DNA of 64,000 bases, taken from contig CAWGHO010000003.1 of the NCBI GenBank assembly GCA_963822445.1, positions 416,001 to 480,000 on the forward strand, in the 5' to 3' direction. Below are positions 33,840-43,463 of the stretch, piece by piece. This stretch comes from an uncultured Acidobacteriota bacterium. GTDB taxonomy: Bacteria > Acidobacteriota > Thermoanaerobaculia > Gp7-AA8. Below the pieces are notes generated by a model that saw nothing but the letters and a program-made list of their open reading frames with translations, did not search any database and was not told the origin of the DNA. Numbering within the stretch: the stretch's first letter is position 1; every line of letters starts with the position of its first letter. Both the position numbers and the translations under genes were made by a program.

Positions 33840-33907
33840 TGAACAAGTTCAAAAATCTCCTTGACCGTGGTGAGATCGCGGCTTATCTTTCAATTGAACG
33901 CGTTCAA
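33840..33907 (+). promoter_or_regulatory. Sigma-70 promoter flanked by two palindromic operators
   Basis: TTGACC(33861)-17 nt-TATCTT(33884); TGAACaaGTTCA at 33840-33851 and TTGAACGCGTTCAA at 33894-33907. Confidence 0.75.
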
Positions 33908-33932
33908 ATCGCGTTCGGAAAGGCTGAAAGCC

Positions 33933-34289
33933 ATGATTCCGCTCACCACTTATCTCCTCTACCTGGTCCTCAGCATCGGCGTGGCCGCGTTCGTCGCCCA
34001 CACGCTCCACCGGCGGGGGCGGGTGTTTCTGCTGGACACCTTCCGCGGCAACGAGACCCTGGCCGACTCGGTCAATCACCTCCGGCGCATCGGCTTCTAC
34101 CTGATCACCGTCGGCTACGTGGCCATGTCGATGTCGTGGGGAAAGACGCCGGACGATCTCATCGAAGCCACGGAGTTCCTGAGCGCGCGGATCGGCGTGG
34201 TCCTGCTCCTCATCGGATTCATGCACGTTCTCGCCACCAGCCGGCTCACCTGGATGCGCCGGCGGGCGGAGATGGGGAAGGTGGTGTGA
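33933..34289 (+). CDS. Hypothetical membrane protein
   Basis: Three hydrophobic segments; GRVFLLDTF..NETLADSVNHL. Confidence 0.75.
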   Translation: MIPLTTYLLYLVLSIGVAAFVAHTLHRRGRVFLLDTFRGNETLADSVNHLRRIGFYLITVGYVAMSMSWGKTPDDLIEATEFLSARIGVVLLLIGFMHVLATSRLTWMRRRAEMGKVV

Positions 34290-34291
34290 CC

Positions 34292-35251
34292 ATGAACATC
34301 GTCATTCCCGGCGGCTCCGGTCATCTCGGCACCCTCCTGGCCCGCGCGTTTCACACGAAGGGCTATCGCGTGGTCGTTCTCAGCCGCAATCCGCAGGCAG
34401 CGCCGTGGCGGGTGGTGGAGTGGGACGGGCGCACGGTCGGGCCATGGGCGCGCGAGCTCGAAGCCGCGGACGCGGTGATCAATCTCGCCGGCCGCAGCGT
34501 CGACTGCCGTTACGACGCGCGGCATCGCGAGGAAATCATCCGCTCGCGCGTCGACTCGACGCGTGTCATCGGCGAAGCCATCGCCCGCTGCACGATTCCG
34601 CCGCGAGCGTGGCTGCAGATGAGCACCGCCACGATTTACGCGCACCGCTTCGACAAGGCCAACGACGAGCGCGCGGGAATCCTCGGCGGCGGAGAGCCGG
34701 ACGCGCCTGAGACGTGGCGATTCAGTATCGAGGTCGCCAAGGCCTGGGAGCGCGCGCTGGAGGAAGCGCCGGCGCCGCATACGCGCAAGGTCACGCTGCG
34801 AACGGCGATGGTCATGACGCACGAGCGCGGCGGCACGTTCGACGTCCTCTTCCGTCACGTGCGCCGCGGCCTCGGCCGGTTCGGCGATGGACGGCAGTAC
34901 GTGTCGTGGATTCACGAGCGCGACTTCGTTCGCGCGGTGGAGTGGCTGATCAGGAACGAGAGCATCGAAGGCATCGTGAATCTGGCCGCTCCCAGTCCGC
35001 TGCCGATGCACGAGTTTCTGCGCGAGCTCGCCGGCGCCGCGGGAAGGCGCGTGCTGTTGCCGCTCAAGCCGTGGATGATCGAGCTCGGAACGTTCCTGCT
35101 GCGCACGGAATCGGAGCTGGTGATGAAGAGCCGCCGCGTGATTCCGACGCGGTTGCTGGAGCGCGGATTCGCGTTCGCTTATCCGCGCTGGCCGGCGGCC
35201 GCGCGCGACCTCGTGCAGCAGCGGCGAGGCGGCGCGGGCGCGGTCTGGTGA
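34292..35251 (+). CDS. NAD-dependent epimerase family protein (TIGR01777/DUF1731-like)
   Basis: IPGGSGHLG, INLAGRSV, KSRRVIPTRLLERGFAF. Confidence 0.85.
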   Translation: MNIVIPGGSGHLGTLLARAFHTKGYRVVVLSRNPQAAPWRVVEWDGRTVGPWARELEAADAVINLAGRSVDCRYDARHREEIIRSRVDSTRVIGEAIARCTIPPRAWLQMSTATIYAHRFDKANDERAGILGGGEPDAPETWRFSIEVAKAWERALEEAPAPHTRKVTLRTAMVMTHERGGTFDVLFRHVRRGLGRFGDGRQYVSWIHERDFVRAVEWLIRNESIEGIVNLAAPSPLPMHEFLRELAGAAGRRVLLPLKPWMIELGTFLLRTESELVMKSRRVIPTRLLERGFAFAYPRWPAAARDLVQQRRGGAGAVW

Positions 35252-35946
35252 GCGTGTATCCTGCGCTCGTGCTTCAGCCCAGGGCGCAGACGGCCAAGGC
35301 CGAGGAGACGCGGGCGCGGATTCTGGACACGGCACTGCGCCTCTTCCGCGAGCGCGGCTTCGATCAGACGACGATGCGCGACGTTGCTTCCGAGGCGGGC
35401 GTTGCGACCGGCGCGGCCTACTACTACTTCCGCTCGAAGGAAGAGCTGGTCATGGCGTTCTACCTCCGCACCGCGGAGATGGAACGCGAAGAATTCGCGG
35501 CCGCGCTGGCGTCGACGAAAGACCTGCGCAAACGCATCCGGGCATTGATCGACATCAAGCTTCGCCAGTTCGAAGACCACCGCTCGCTGCTCACGGCCCT
35601 GCTCAAAGCGGGCGTCGATCCGCGCGACCCGCTTTCGCCATTCGGCGAGCAAACCGCGCCGGTCCGCGAACAAAGCCTGGCCTGGTTCGCGCGCGCCGTG
35701 GAAGGCGCGGACATGAAAGTGCCGAAGGACATCGCCCCGCACTTGGCGCGATTGCTCTGGCTCTACCACATGGGCCTGATCTACTTCTGGATCGTCGACA
35801 CATCCCCCAGCCAGCGCCGGACCCAGAAACTGCTCGACGGAACACTAGATCTGATCATGCAGCTCCTGCGCATCGCTTCGCTCCCGCTCATGGGACCGGT
35901 GCGGAAACGCTTGCTGGGCGTGTTGAAGGCGGTGGAGGAGGAGTGA
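35248..35946 (+). CDS. TetR family transcriptional regulator
   Basis: ILDTALRLFRERGFDQTTMRDVASEAGVATGAAYYYFRSKEEL. Confidence 0.9.
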   Translation: MSVYPALVLQPRAQTAKAEETRARILDTALRLFRERGFDQTTMRDVASEAGVATGAAYYYFRSKEELVMAFYLRTAEMEREEFAAALASTKDLRKRIRALIDIKLRQFEDHRSLLTALLKAGVDPRDPLSPFGEQTAPVREQSLAWFARAVEGADMKVPKDIAPHLARLLWLYHMGLIYFWIVDTSPSQRRTQKLLDGTLDLIMQLLRIASLPLMGPVRKRLLGVLKAVEEE

Positions 35947-35953
35947 GGGGTGG

Positions 35954-36253
35954 TTATTCTGCGAACTCGCCGGCGACCAGTCGTTGCGCGAAGTTCCGAA
36001 CCGTGAGGATTGACACGCGTGATTTCTCGACGCGATAGATGACTCGATACGCTTTTCGGTATACGACTTCGCGAAACTCGGGCAGGCCGATCTCCGGTAC
36101 GACGCGGCCGGACTCCGGGAACCGTTCCAGCCGATCAGTGACTTCGAACAACCCCTCGAGCCATCGCAAAGCGGCTTCCGGTTTGTCACCCGCGATGAAT
36201 GCGGCCGCGTCGTACGCACGCTCGATTGCGAGCGGCGACCAGACGATTTTCAC
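35954..36253 (-). CDS. RelE/ParE family toxin
   Basis: IVWSPLA...LERFPESGRVVPE...YRVIYRV. Confidence 0.88.
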   Translation of the reverse strand: MKIVWSPLAIERAYDAAAFIAGDKPEAALRWLEGLFEVTDRLERFPESGRVVPEIGLPEFREVVYRKAYRVIYRVEKSRVSILTVRNFAQRLVAGEFAE

Positions 36254-36534
36254 TTCTTGAATCGTCTCCGAAGCTCAGCCTTGGCGTCACGGTTCGCAAC
36301 TGCCTGGCCGGTCTCGATCTGCTGGATTGAAGTCCTGACATCGCTGAGGAGCTCGATCTCATCGACCATCCGTTCGTACTCGCCGACGTCGATCAACACG
36401 GCTGCCGAATGGCCGCGTTGAGTGAGAACCAAGGGCCGCCCGCTGTCCTTGACATGTTCAATGAGCTCCGCGGCGTTCGCGCGGAATTCAGAGACCGGCC
36501 TGATGTCGGTGTTGAGCTTTACCCGTCGACCCAT
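36250..36534 (-). CDS. Phd/YefM family antitoxin
   Basis: IRPVSEFRAN...RPLVLTQRGHSAAVL; overlaps the toxin start. Confidence 0.88.
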   Translation of the reverse strand: MGRRVKLNTDIRPVSEFRANAAELIEHVKDSGRPLVLTQRGHSAAVLIDVGEYERMVDEIELLSDVRTSIQQIETGQAVANRDAKAELRRRFKK

Positions 36535-36609
36535 CGTACCTCCAGAAGTACGTGCAAGCGTACGTGAAGAGATCGCCGGCTGCAAACTGCGTTACCGAAG
36601 TTTGCGTGT

Positions 36610-36825
36610 TCAAACCCCGCGGGGATATTTCGATGTTCCCCGGGTAGGAGGTCGGTCATTCGATTGCGGATGTTGACCAGAACGACTGCGCCGATCAACG
36701 GCCGCTCGTAGCAGGACGCCGTTCCGCAACCCCTTTAACCCTTCGCGGCGAACGACAGCGGGCGCGAACTCCGCGAGGTACGGCTCGATTTGCTCTGGGA
36801 TCGTCTCGTCAATGAGCAACCGCAA
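36610..36825 (-). pseudogene. Truncated DUF5615 PIN-like toxin
   Basis: MRLLIDETIP...GLKGLRNGVLLRAA then similarity is lost; no LxTxD motif follows. Confidence 0.65.
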
Positions 36826-37033
36826 CGGCCGTTACCGCCTCTCGTGCGATTTCCAACGCAGCGACAGCCTGCTCACGCGACACAGTCGGAAACGCCTCGA
36901 GGAATTCATCCAGTGAGTCCCCAGCCTCGAGGTAATCGAACAGGCTCTGGACGGGGACACGCGTACCGACAAACACGGCCGTTCCACCCATGAGATCCGG
37001 ATCGGAATGAACGACATCGCGTGGGTTGGTCAT
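36809..37033 (-). CDS. DUF433 family antitoxin
   Basis: DPDLMGGTAVFVGTRVPV..LFDYLEAGDSLDEFLEAFPTV. Confidence 0.9.
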   Translation of the reverse strand: MTNPRDVVHSDPDLMGGTAVFVGTRVPVQSLFDYLEAGDSLDEFLEAFPTVSREQAVAALEIAREAVTAVAVAH

Positions 37034-37074
37034 GAGGCTCATCTTACGCCTCACGCCGCGATATCTTCGCCGAC

Positions 37075-37800
37075 GTGAGACCCCTTTTCTTGATCGCGAC
37101 CCTGCTCGCGTCCCTTCCCCTCGCAGCATCCAACCTCTATCTCCGCGGTGTTACGGGCTGGGACCGGAGCGAACCAACCGTCCTTCGCGATCGCGACTGT
37201 TCCAACACCCAACCGCCCGCCCTTTTCGGCTGTGGCTTTGAGGCACGAGGTGAATTTGACGACGCCCAACGGTGGGAGCTCGCCATCGGGACCGAGCTGG
37301 CGCGACGGGCGCGAGTCGAGCTCGCGCTCTCGCATCGCGATCTGGACCTGGCCGCCGACGCGAATTTCACCGGCGTCAGCGGCGCGCAGTCAGTCACTGC
37401 CAGCGGCAACTCCCGATCGGCGCTGGTCATCGGGACGTACGAGCTCGCGCAGAACTGGACGATGCGGCCTTTCGTCACCGCCGGCGCAGGCGTCGCGCGA
37501 AACGAGATCGGCGAGATCACCTTTTCCTTTCCCGGAATCGCGCCGGACGCCGTGACCATCACCCGCGGCGGATCGCACACGACCCTCGCCTGGATAGCAG
37601 GTTTGGGCGTCTCGGTGCCGCTGACCGACTCGCTCCATCTCGATCTCGCCATCCGGCATCAGAACAGCGGCGAAGTCCGCACAGACGCGGGTCCGGCCAC
37701 GATCATCCGTCCTCGCGGAACGCTCGTTCTCGACGTCGCCGCGACCCGCGCAAAGGTCCGATCGACGGGGGCGATGCTCTCCGTGCGTTATCGGCTTTGA
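37075..37800 (+). CDS. Outer-membrane beta-barrel protein (opacity/OmpW-like)
   Basis: Signal peptide, RPFVTAGAGVA strand, C-terminal VRYRL. Confidence 0.75.
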   Translation: MRPLFLIATLLASLPLAASNLYLRGVTGWDRSEPTVLRDRDCSNTQPPALFGCGFEARGEFDDAQRWELAIGTELARRARVELALSHRDLDLAADANFTGVSGAQSVTASGNSRSALVIGTYELAQNWTMRPFVTAGAGVARNEIGEITFSFPGIAPDAVTITRGGSHTTLAWIAGLGVSVPLTDSLHLDLAIRHQNSGEVRTDAGPATIIRPRGTLVLDVAATRAKVRSTGAMLSVRYRL

Positions 37801-37824
37801 CGCCGCGATATCCTTCGCCCCGCA

Positions 37825-38751
37825 ATGGACGTGAAGAAATCCGCTGACGGGGTCGTGCTCGTCGACAAAATCGAGGGCATCACCTCGCACGACGTGGTGG
37901 AGCGTTTCCGCCGCCGCGCAAAGATCAAGAAAGTCGGCCACACCGGCACGCTCGACCCCCTGGCCACGGGTCTGCTCGTGCTCTGCGTCGGCAAGGCCAC
38001 CCGCCTGCAGGCCTATCTCATGGGGATGGAAAAGACGTACGAGGGCACGTTCCAGTTCGGCTGGGCCACCGACTCGTACGACTCGACCGGAACGCCGGTC
38101 GGCGAGGCCGTGGAAGCGAACATCGAAGGCGTCGATCTCGCGCCGCACGTCGCCAAGTTCACCGGCCCGATCGAGCAGATGCCGCCGGCCTTCTCGGCGA
38201 AGAAAGTCGACGGCGTCCGCGCGTACGAGCTCGCCCGCAAAGGCGAGGAAGTGAAGCTCAAGGTCAAGAGCGTCAACGTCTACGAGTTTCAGATCCTCGA
38301 AGTGAAAGGGTCGACGGCGCGCTTTCTCGTCCGGTCCTCGGCCGGCACGTACATGCGCTCGCTCGCCCACGACCTCGGCCAGTCCCTCGGAATCCCCGCG
38401 CATCTGAAAGACCTGCGGCGGACCAAGATCGGCAACTTCCACATCGATCAGGCCATCCACTTCGACAAAATGTCCGAGTCTGGGCCGGATGTGCTGCTGG
38501 CCGCGCCGCACTTTCAATCGCTGTCGGACATCGATCTCCCGCTCGAGAAGCTGCGGATCGACTGGGCCCAGCAGGGCAAGCTGATGCAGGGGCAGGGAGT
38601 GATCATCGTTCCCGCGGTCCCGGTGGCGAAAGGGGATCTGCTGGCGCTGGGCAATCCGCACGATCAACTGGTCGCCATCGCCGAGGTGGTGAACGTGCTT
38701 CGCGAGGGCGGCCCGGTCGAAGTGAAACCGAAAGTCGTTCTGGCAGGGTGA
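37825..38751 (+). CDS. truB: tRNA pseudouridine(55) synthase
   Basis: TSHDVV, KVGHTGTLDPLATG, SAGTYMRSLAHDLG. Confidence 0.96.
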   Translation: MDVKKSADGVVLVDKIEGITSHDVVERFRRRAKIKKVGHTGTLDPLATGLLVLCVGKATRLQAYLMGMEKTYEGTFQFGWATDSYDSTGTPVGEAVEANIEGVDLAPHVAKFTGPIEQMPPAFSAKKVDGVRAYELARKGEEVKLKVKSVNVYEFQILEVKGSTARFLVRSSAGTYMRSLAHDLGQSLGIPAHLKDLRRTKIGNFHIDQAIHFDKMSESGPDVLLAAPHFQSLSDIDLPLEKLRIDWAQQGKLMQGQGVIIVPAVPVAKGDLLALGNPHDQLVAIAEVVNVLREGGPVEVKPKVVLAG

Positions 38752-39266
38752 CGGAGGACGCGATGAGCAAGAGCGCGAAAGAGACCTTCCTCGAAAACTA
38801 CGACCGCGAGCATGAGACGACGATGCGCGTGTTGCGCGCGTATCCCGAGGATCAGCTCGATCTGAAGCCGAGCCCGAAGTCGAATTCGGCGCGCGACCTC
38901 GCCTGGACGCTGCGCCTCGAGCGCTACCTCGGCACCCGCGTCTGGAACGACGAATTCGCGAAGGGCTTCGCCGGCGGCACGCCTCCGAAACGGCCGGATT
39001 CCTGGAGCGAGCAGCTCGAGGAGCTGGAAAAGGCGCACAAAGAGTTCCGCGCCCTGGTCGCGTCCGCCACGGACGAGGAGCTGCAGCAGAAAGTGAAGTT
39101 CTTTACCGCCCCGAAGACGATGGGCGACATCTCCCGTCTGGACTGGATCTGGTTCCTCCTCCACGACCAGATCCACCATCGCGGGCAGTTCTCCGTGTAT
39201 CTGAGGATGGCCGGCGGGAAGGTGCCCTCGATTTACGGGCCGACGGCGGATGAGCCGTGGGTTTAA
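38748..39266 (+). CDS. DinB family protein
   Basis: [15 protein letters not shown]...VPSIYGP. Confidence 0.85.
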   Translation: MTEDAMSKSAKETFLENYDREHETTMRVLRAYPEDQLDLKPSPKSNSARDLAWTLRLERYLGTRVWNDEFAKGFAGGTPPKRPDSWSEQLEELEKAHKEFRALVASATDEELQQKVKFFTAPKTMGDISRLDWIWFLLHDQIHHRGQFSVYLRMAGGKVPSIYGPTADEPWV

Positions 39267-39364
39267 CCGCCCGGGATTGTTTTCGTCCCTCCCCCCTGTT
39301 ATGGTGTCGCGTTCTAAAACTGACGTGTGCCATCAACAACCGTAACTCATTAGGAGAGAGTATT

Positions 39365-39634
39365 TTGTCCACGACTAAGGAACAGAAGTCGGACCTCATC
39401 ACCACGTATCGCGTCCATGACGCAGATACCGGGTCGCCAGAAGTGCAGATCGCACTCCTCTCGAACCGCATTAGCTACCTGACCGAGCATTTCAAGACCC
39501 ACGCGAAGGACCATCACTCGCGCCGCGGTCTTCTCAAGCTGGTCGGCCGTCGCCGCCGTCTGCTGGATTACCTCAAGCAGATCGACGTGGAGCGCTACCG
39601 CTCGATCATCGACAAGCTCGGCATTCGTAAGTAA
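39365..39634 (+). CDS. rpsO: 30S ribosomal protein S15
   Basis: [26 protein letters not shown]; TTG start gives 89 aa. Confidence 0.96.
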   Translation: MSTTKEQKSDLITTYRVHDADTGSPEVQIALLSNRISYLTEHFKTHAKDHHSRRGLLKLVGRRRRLLDYLKQIDVERYRSIIDKLGIRK

Positions 39635-39647
39635 TAGCGATCCTCTC

Positions 39648-39684
39648 GAAGGGCGGGCCGCCGAGGCCCGCCCTTCACGTTTTT
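39648..39684 (+). terminator. Terminator after rpsO
   Basis: gaagggcgggcc / ggcccgcccttc stem followed by T-rich tract. Confidence 0.75.
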
Positions 39685-39801
39685 CGGGCCTAAAGCCTGC
39701 ACCCCTAAAAATCCTTCTGGCCGGATCCCATCATTCGGCCCAAGCGACAAAAAATCAGCGCGAGGTGATGAGTGGTCTCGCGCACCATCTGAAGGAAATC
39801 A

Positions 39802-42207
39802 ATGGCTCACAAGAGAGAATTGCAGATCGGCGGGAACGTCCTGTCCATGGAGACAGGTGCGATCGCCAAACAGGCCCATGGCTCGGTAGTCGTGCGCTTC
39901 GGAGACACGGTCGTCCTGGCGACGGCCTGCTACAAAGAGGGCAACGTCCTCGGCGACTTCATGCCGCTGACCGTTGACTACAAGGAATACACCTACGCCG
40001 GCGGACGCATCCCGGGAGGCTTCTTCAAACGCGAAGGACGGCCGACCGAGAAAGAGATCCTCACCTCCCGCCTCATCGACCGGCCCCTGCGCCCGTCGTT
40101 CCAGAAGGGCTACCGGCAGGAGACGCAGATCATCGCCCTCGTGCTGTCGGCTGACGGCGAGAACGATCCCGATGTGCTGGCGATCAACGGTGCCTCCGCG
40201 GCCCTGACCATCTCCGAGATCCCGTTCCACAACCCCATCGGTGCGGTCAGAGTCGGCTATGTCGACGGCCAGATCGTCATCAACCCCACCAATGCCCAGC
40301 GCGACCTTTCCGACCTCGACCTGATCGTGGCCGGAACCAAAGACGCCATCGTGATGGTCGAAGCCGGTGCGCGCGAAGTGAGCGAGTCAGTCATCCTCGA
40401 CGCGTTCGACGCGGCTCACGCCGAGATCAAGCGCATCTGCGAGATGCAGGCGCTGCTCCGCGGCGATGCCGGCAAAGAGAAGCTCAAAGTCGAGTACTCG
40501 CCGAAGTTCACGACCGAGCTGGTCGATGAGCTGATGGGTCAGTTCGGCGATTCGCTTCGCACGGCGATGCTCACCTTCGGCAAGCACGCCCGCTACGCCG
40601 CGCTTCGTGCGGTCAAGGAACAGGTCATCGGTTCCGTTCCGATCGAAGACACCGAGCGCCTCGCGGCCGTTTCCGCGGCCTGGGGCGAGATGGAAGTGCG
40701 GGTCTTCCGCAACGTGATCCTCAACGAGAAGCAGCGCGTCGACGGCCGCAAGTTCGACGAGATCCGCAACATCTCCATCGACCTCGGCGTCCTTCCCCGT
40801 ACCCACGGTTCCGCGATCTTCACCCGCGGCGAAACCCAGGCCCTGGTCACCGTCACCCTCGGTACGCCTCGTGAGGCCCAGAAGATCGAGGATTTCGAAG
40901 GCGAGACCTTCCAGCGCTTCATGCTCCATTACAACTTCCCGCCGTTCTCGGTCGGTGAAGTGAAGTTCCTGCGCGGACCCGCGCGCCGCGAGATCGGCCA
41001 CGGCAATCTCGCCCGCCGCGCGCTCGCGCCGCTCCTGCCGCCGGAAGACGAGTTCGCGTACGCGATCCGCATCGTCTCGGACATCCTCGAGTCGAACGGC
41101 TCTTCGTCGATGGCTTCGGTGTGCGGTGGCTCGCTGGCGATGATGCAGGCCGGCGTTCCGCTGCGCGCGTCGGTCGGTGGCGTGGCCATGGGTCTCGTCT
41201 CGAACGACGACAACTCGCAGTACGCGATCCTCTCCGACATCGCCGGCATGGAAGACCACGAAGGCGACATGGACTTCAAGGTCGCCGGCACGCGCAACGG
41301 CATCACCGCGCTGCAGATGGACATCAAGGTCAGCGGCCTTTCGCGCGACGTGATGGCCCAGGCGCTCGAGCAGGCCAAGGCCGGCCGCATTCACATCCTC
41401 GACAAGATGGATGCCGCGATTGCGACCCCGCGCGCCGAGCTCTCCGAGTTCGCGCCGCGCCTCTACACCATTCACGTTCCGAAGGACCGCATCCGCGACG
41501 TGATCGGCTCGGGTGGCAAGACCATCCGCTGGATCGTCGAGGAGACCGGCACGAAGATCGACGTCGACGACGACGGCAAGGTCACGATCGCCTCGACCGA
41601 TGCGAAATCGGCCGAGCGCGCCATCGACATCATCAAAGGACTCACCGCGACGCCCGACGTCGGCACGAACTACAAAGGCACGGTCAAGCGCATCGAGCCG
41701 TACGGAGCGTTCGTCGAGATCCTCCCGGGTCAGGACGGACTGCTGCACATCAGCGAGATGGCCCACACCCGCGTCGGTCAGGTGACCGATCTCTTCCAGC
41801 TCGGCGACGAGGTGGAAGTGCAGGTCGTGGCGATCGAGCCGGAGACCGGCAAGATCCGTCTGTCGCGCAAACCGCTCCTGCCGCCGCCGACCGAGGAAGA
41901 GCTCGCGGCTGCGCGTTCGGCGCGGGATTCGCGTCCGCCGCGTGAAGGCGGCGAGCGCGGCGATCGCGATCGCGGTCCTCGTCGCGACGGTGGTGGTGGC
42001 GGTGGATACCGCGGCGGTGGTGGCGGTGGTGGAGATCGCGATCGCGGTCCTCGCCGCGATCATGGCGATCGTGGTCCGCGCCGCGAAGGCGGTGGCGACC
42101 GCGGTCCCCGCCGCGACGGCGGCGACCGTCCCCCGCGCCGTGAAGGTGGCGGTGGCGGCGGCGAGAACACCGGCGGCAGCGGCGGTGGCGGCTCGCAGCC
42201 CGAGTAA
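39802..42207 (+). CDS. pnp: Polyribonucleotide nucleotidyltransferase
   Basis: GRIPGGFFKREG, HGSAIFTRGETQ, ESNGSSSMAS, KH and S1 domains; Gly/Arg/Asp tail. Confidence 0.98.
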   Translation: MAHKRELQIGGNVLSMETGAIAKQAHGSVVVRFGDTVVLATACYKEGNVLGDFMPLTVDYKEYTYAGGRIPGGFFKREGRPTEKEILTSRLIDRPLRPSFQKGYRQETQIIALVLSADGENDPDVLAINGASAALTISEIPFHNPIGAVRVGYVDGQIVINPTNAQRDLSDLDLIVAGTKDAIVMVEAGAREVSESVILDAFDAAHAEIKRICEMQALLRGDAGKEKLKVEYSPKFTTELVDELMGQFGDSLRTAMLTFGKHARYAALRAVKEQVIGSVPIEDTERLAAVSAAWGEMEVRVFRNVILNEKQRVDGRKFDEIRNISIDLGVLPRTHGSAIFTRGETQALVTVTLGTPREAQKIEDFEGETFQRFMLHYNFPPFSVGEVKFLRGPARREIGHGNLARRALAPLLPPEDEFAYAIRIVSDILESNGSSSMASVCGGSLAMMQAGVPLRASVGGVAMGLVSNDDNSQYAILSDIAGMEDHEGDMDFKVAGTRNGITALQMDIKVSGLSRDVMAQALEQAKAGRIHILDKMDAAIATPRAELSEFAPRLYTIHVPKDRIRDVIGSGGKTIRWIVEETGTKIDVDDDGKVTIASTDAKSAERAIDIIKGLTATPDVGTNYKGTVKRIEPYGAFVEILPGQDGLLHISEMAHTRVGQVTDLFQLGDEVEVQVVAIEPETGKIRLSRKPLLPPPTEEELAAARSARDSRPPREGGERGDRDRGPRRDGGGGGGYRGGGGGGGDRDRGPRRDHGDRGPRREGGGDRGPRRDGGDRPPRREGGGGGGENTGGSGGGGSQPE

Positions 42208-42226
42208 CAGCAGACGCAAGAAAATC

Positions 42227-42260
42227 CGAGGCCGGGCTCATCGCCCGGCCTCGTTGTTTT
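42227..42260. terminator. Terminator between convergent genes
   Basis: cgaggccgggc-tcatc-gcccggcctcg followed by ttgtttt. Confidence 0.75.
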
Positions 42261-42267
42261 GCAGCGG

Positions 42268-43362
42268 TTACGGCGTCTGCTTGCCGATCGCGTCGACCCA
42301 GATCTTGCCGCCGATGTTCTCGACTTTCACGCGCGTGATCGTCGCGCCGTCGAGCCCCACCGTCGATGCCGGGATCTCGATGCGGTTCCAGGTGTCCGAC
42401 GCCGGGATGGTCGTCCCCATGAACACCGCCGAGCTTTCCCCGCCGATCGAGGGAACGCCGACCGTTCCGTAATAGATCGAGCCAACGGTCGATCCGGCGT
42501 ACCAGGTGATCTTCAGCTCCGTGACCGACTTACAGCTCGTCGGCATCAGATACACGATCAGGTTGTCGCCGGAGCTCGTGGCCTCGTTCAGATCGTTGAC
42601 CGAGACCACGGCGGTTGCCGTCTGGCCGAAGTGCGGATACATGAGCGACTGCGTGCCGCTCGCTTCCTGCTCGTTGTCCCAGTAGCCGGTATAGAGGACG
42701 GCGCCGGAAGGAACGCCGTCATCGACCCAGACCGTGTCGCCGTACTCGAACGACGGCGTCGAGGCCACCGGCGGGACGCAACCGGCGCCGTCGGTGCCGA
42801 GGTGATCGAACCAGACGCGCCCGTCGTAGGTTTCGATCTGCAGCCAGTCCAGGGTTTGACCCTGCATGTTGAGAGGGACGTGAATCGGCACTTCCATGCG
42901 CGTCCAGACGCCGGTGGCCGGCAGGTTGCCGCGGCGGAAGTTGACCGGAGTGCCGCTGATCAGGTTCTCGCCCCAGTAAACGCTGGCAGTTCGATAGAGG
43001 CTCGAGTAGGTGACCTTGATCTCGCGCGTCGGCGAGCATTCGTCGATGAGCACGTAGAAGACGGCCTTGCCGCTGCCGAAGTTGTAGTACTGACTGAGGT
43101 CGTCGATGCGGACGGTATTCGTGCCCGCACCGGAGTGGTAGAAGGACTGCGAGCCGGTCGCGTACTGCGAGGTATCCCAATTCACGGAGCCGGTGGAAAC
43201 CGTGGCGCCGGCGGGGAGAGCGTCTTCGATGAGGACGACGTCGCCGCCGGGAGGCGAGGGCTGCGAGGCGAATGCGGTGGTGCACTGTGCGAATGCGGCC
43301 GGTGCCGCGAGGATGGCCACGAAAGACACGACGAGGATGCGGAGCGTGATGCTCAGTTTCAC
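42268..43362 (-). CDS. Secreted hypothetical protein with two internal repeat domains
   Basis: Signal peptide; GDVVLIEDALPAGA / GDTVWVDDGVPSGA and WTRMEVP / WNRIEIP repeats. Confidence 0.75.
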   Translation of the reverse strand: MKLSITLRILVVSFVAILAAPAAFAQCTTAFASQPSPPGGDVVLIEDALPAGATVSTGSVNWDTSQYATGSQSFYHSGAGTNTVRIDDLSQYYNFGSGKAVFYVLIDECSPTREIKVTYSSLYRTASVYWGENLISGTPVNFRRGNLPATGVWTRMEVPIHVPLNMQGQTLDWLQIETYDGRVWFDHLGTDGAGCVPPVASTPSFEYGDTVWVDDGVPSGAVLYTGYWDNEQEASGTQSLMYPHFGQTATAVVSVNDLNEATSSGDNLIVYLMPTSCKSVTELKITWYAGSTVGSIYYGTVGVPSIGGESSAVFMGTTIPASDTWNRIEIPASTVGLDGATITRVKVENIGGKIWVDAIGKQTP

Positions 43363-43463
43363 AAGAGCCTCCTTTTGGTGTTGCCCGTCGGCCGATCGAG
43401 ACGTGCATTCAGGATGCGTCCATCGCCCAAAAGGGACTAGGGACATTTCGTGACTTATGAGAG

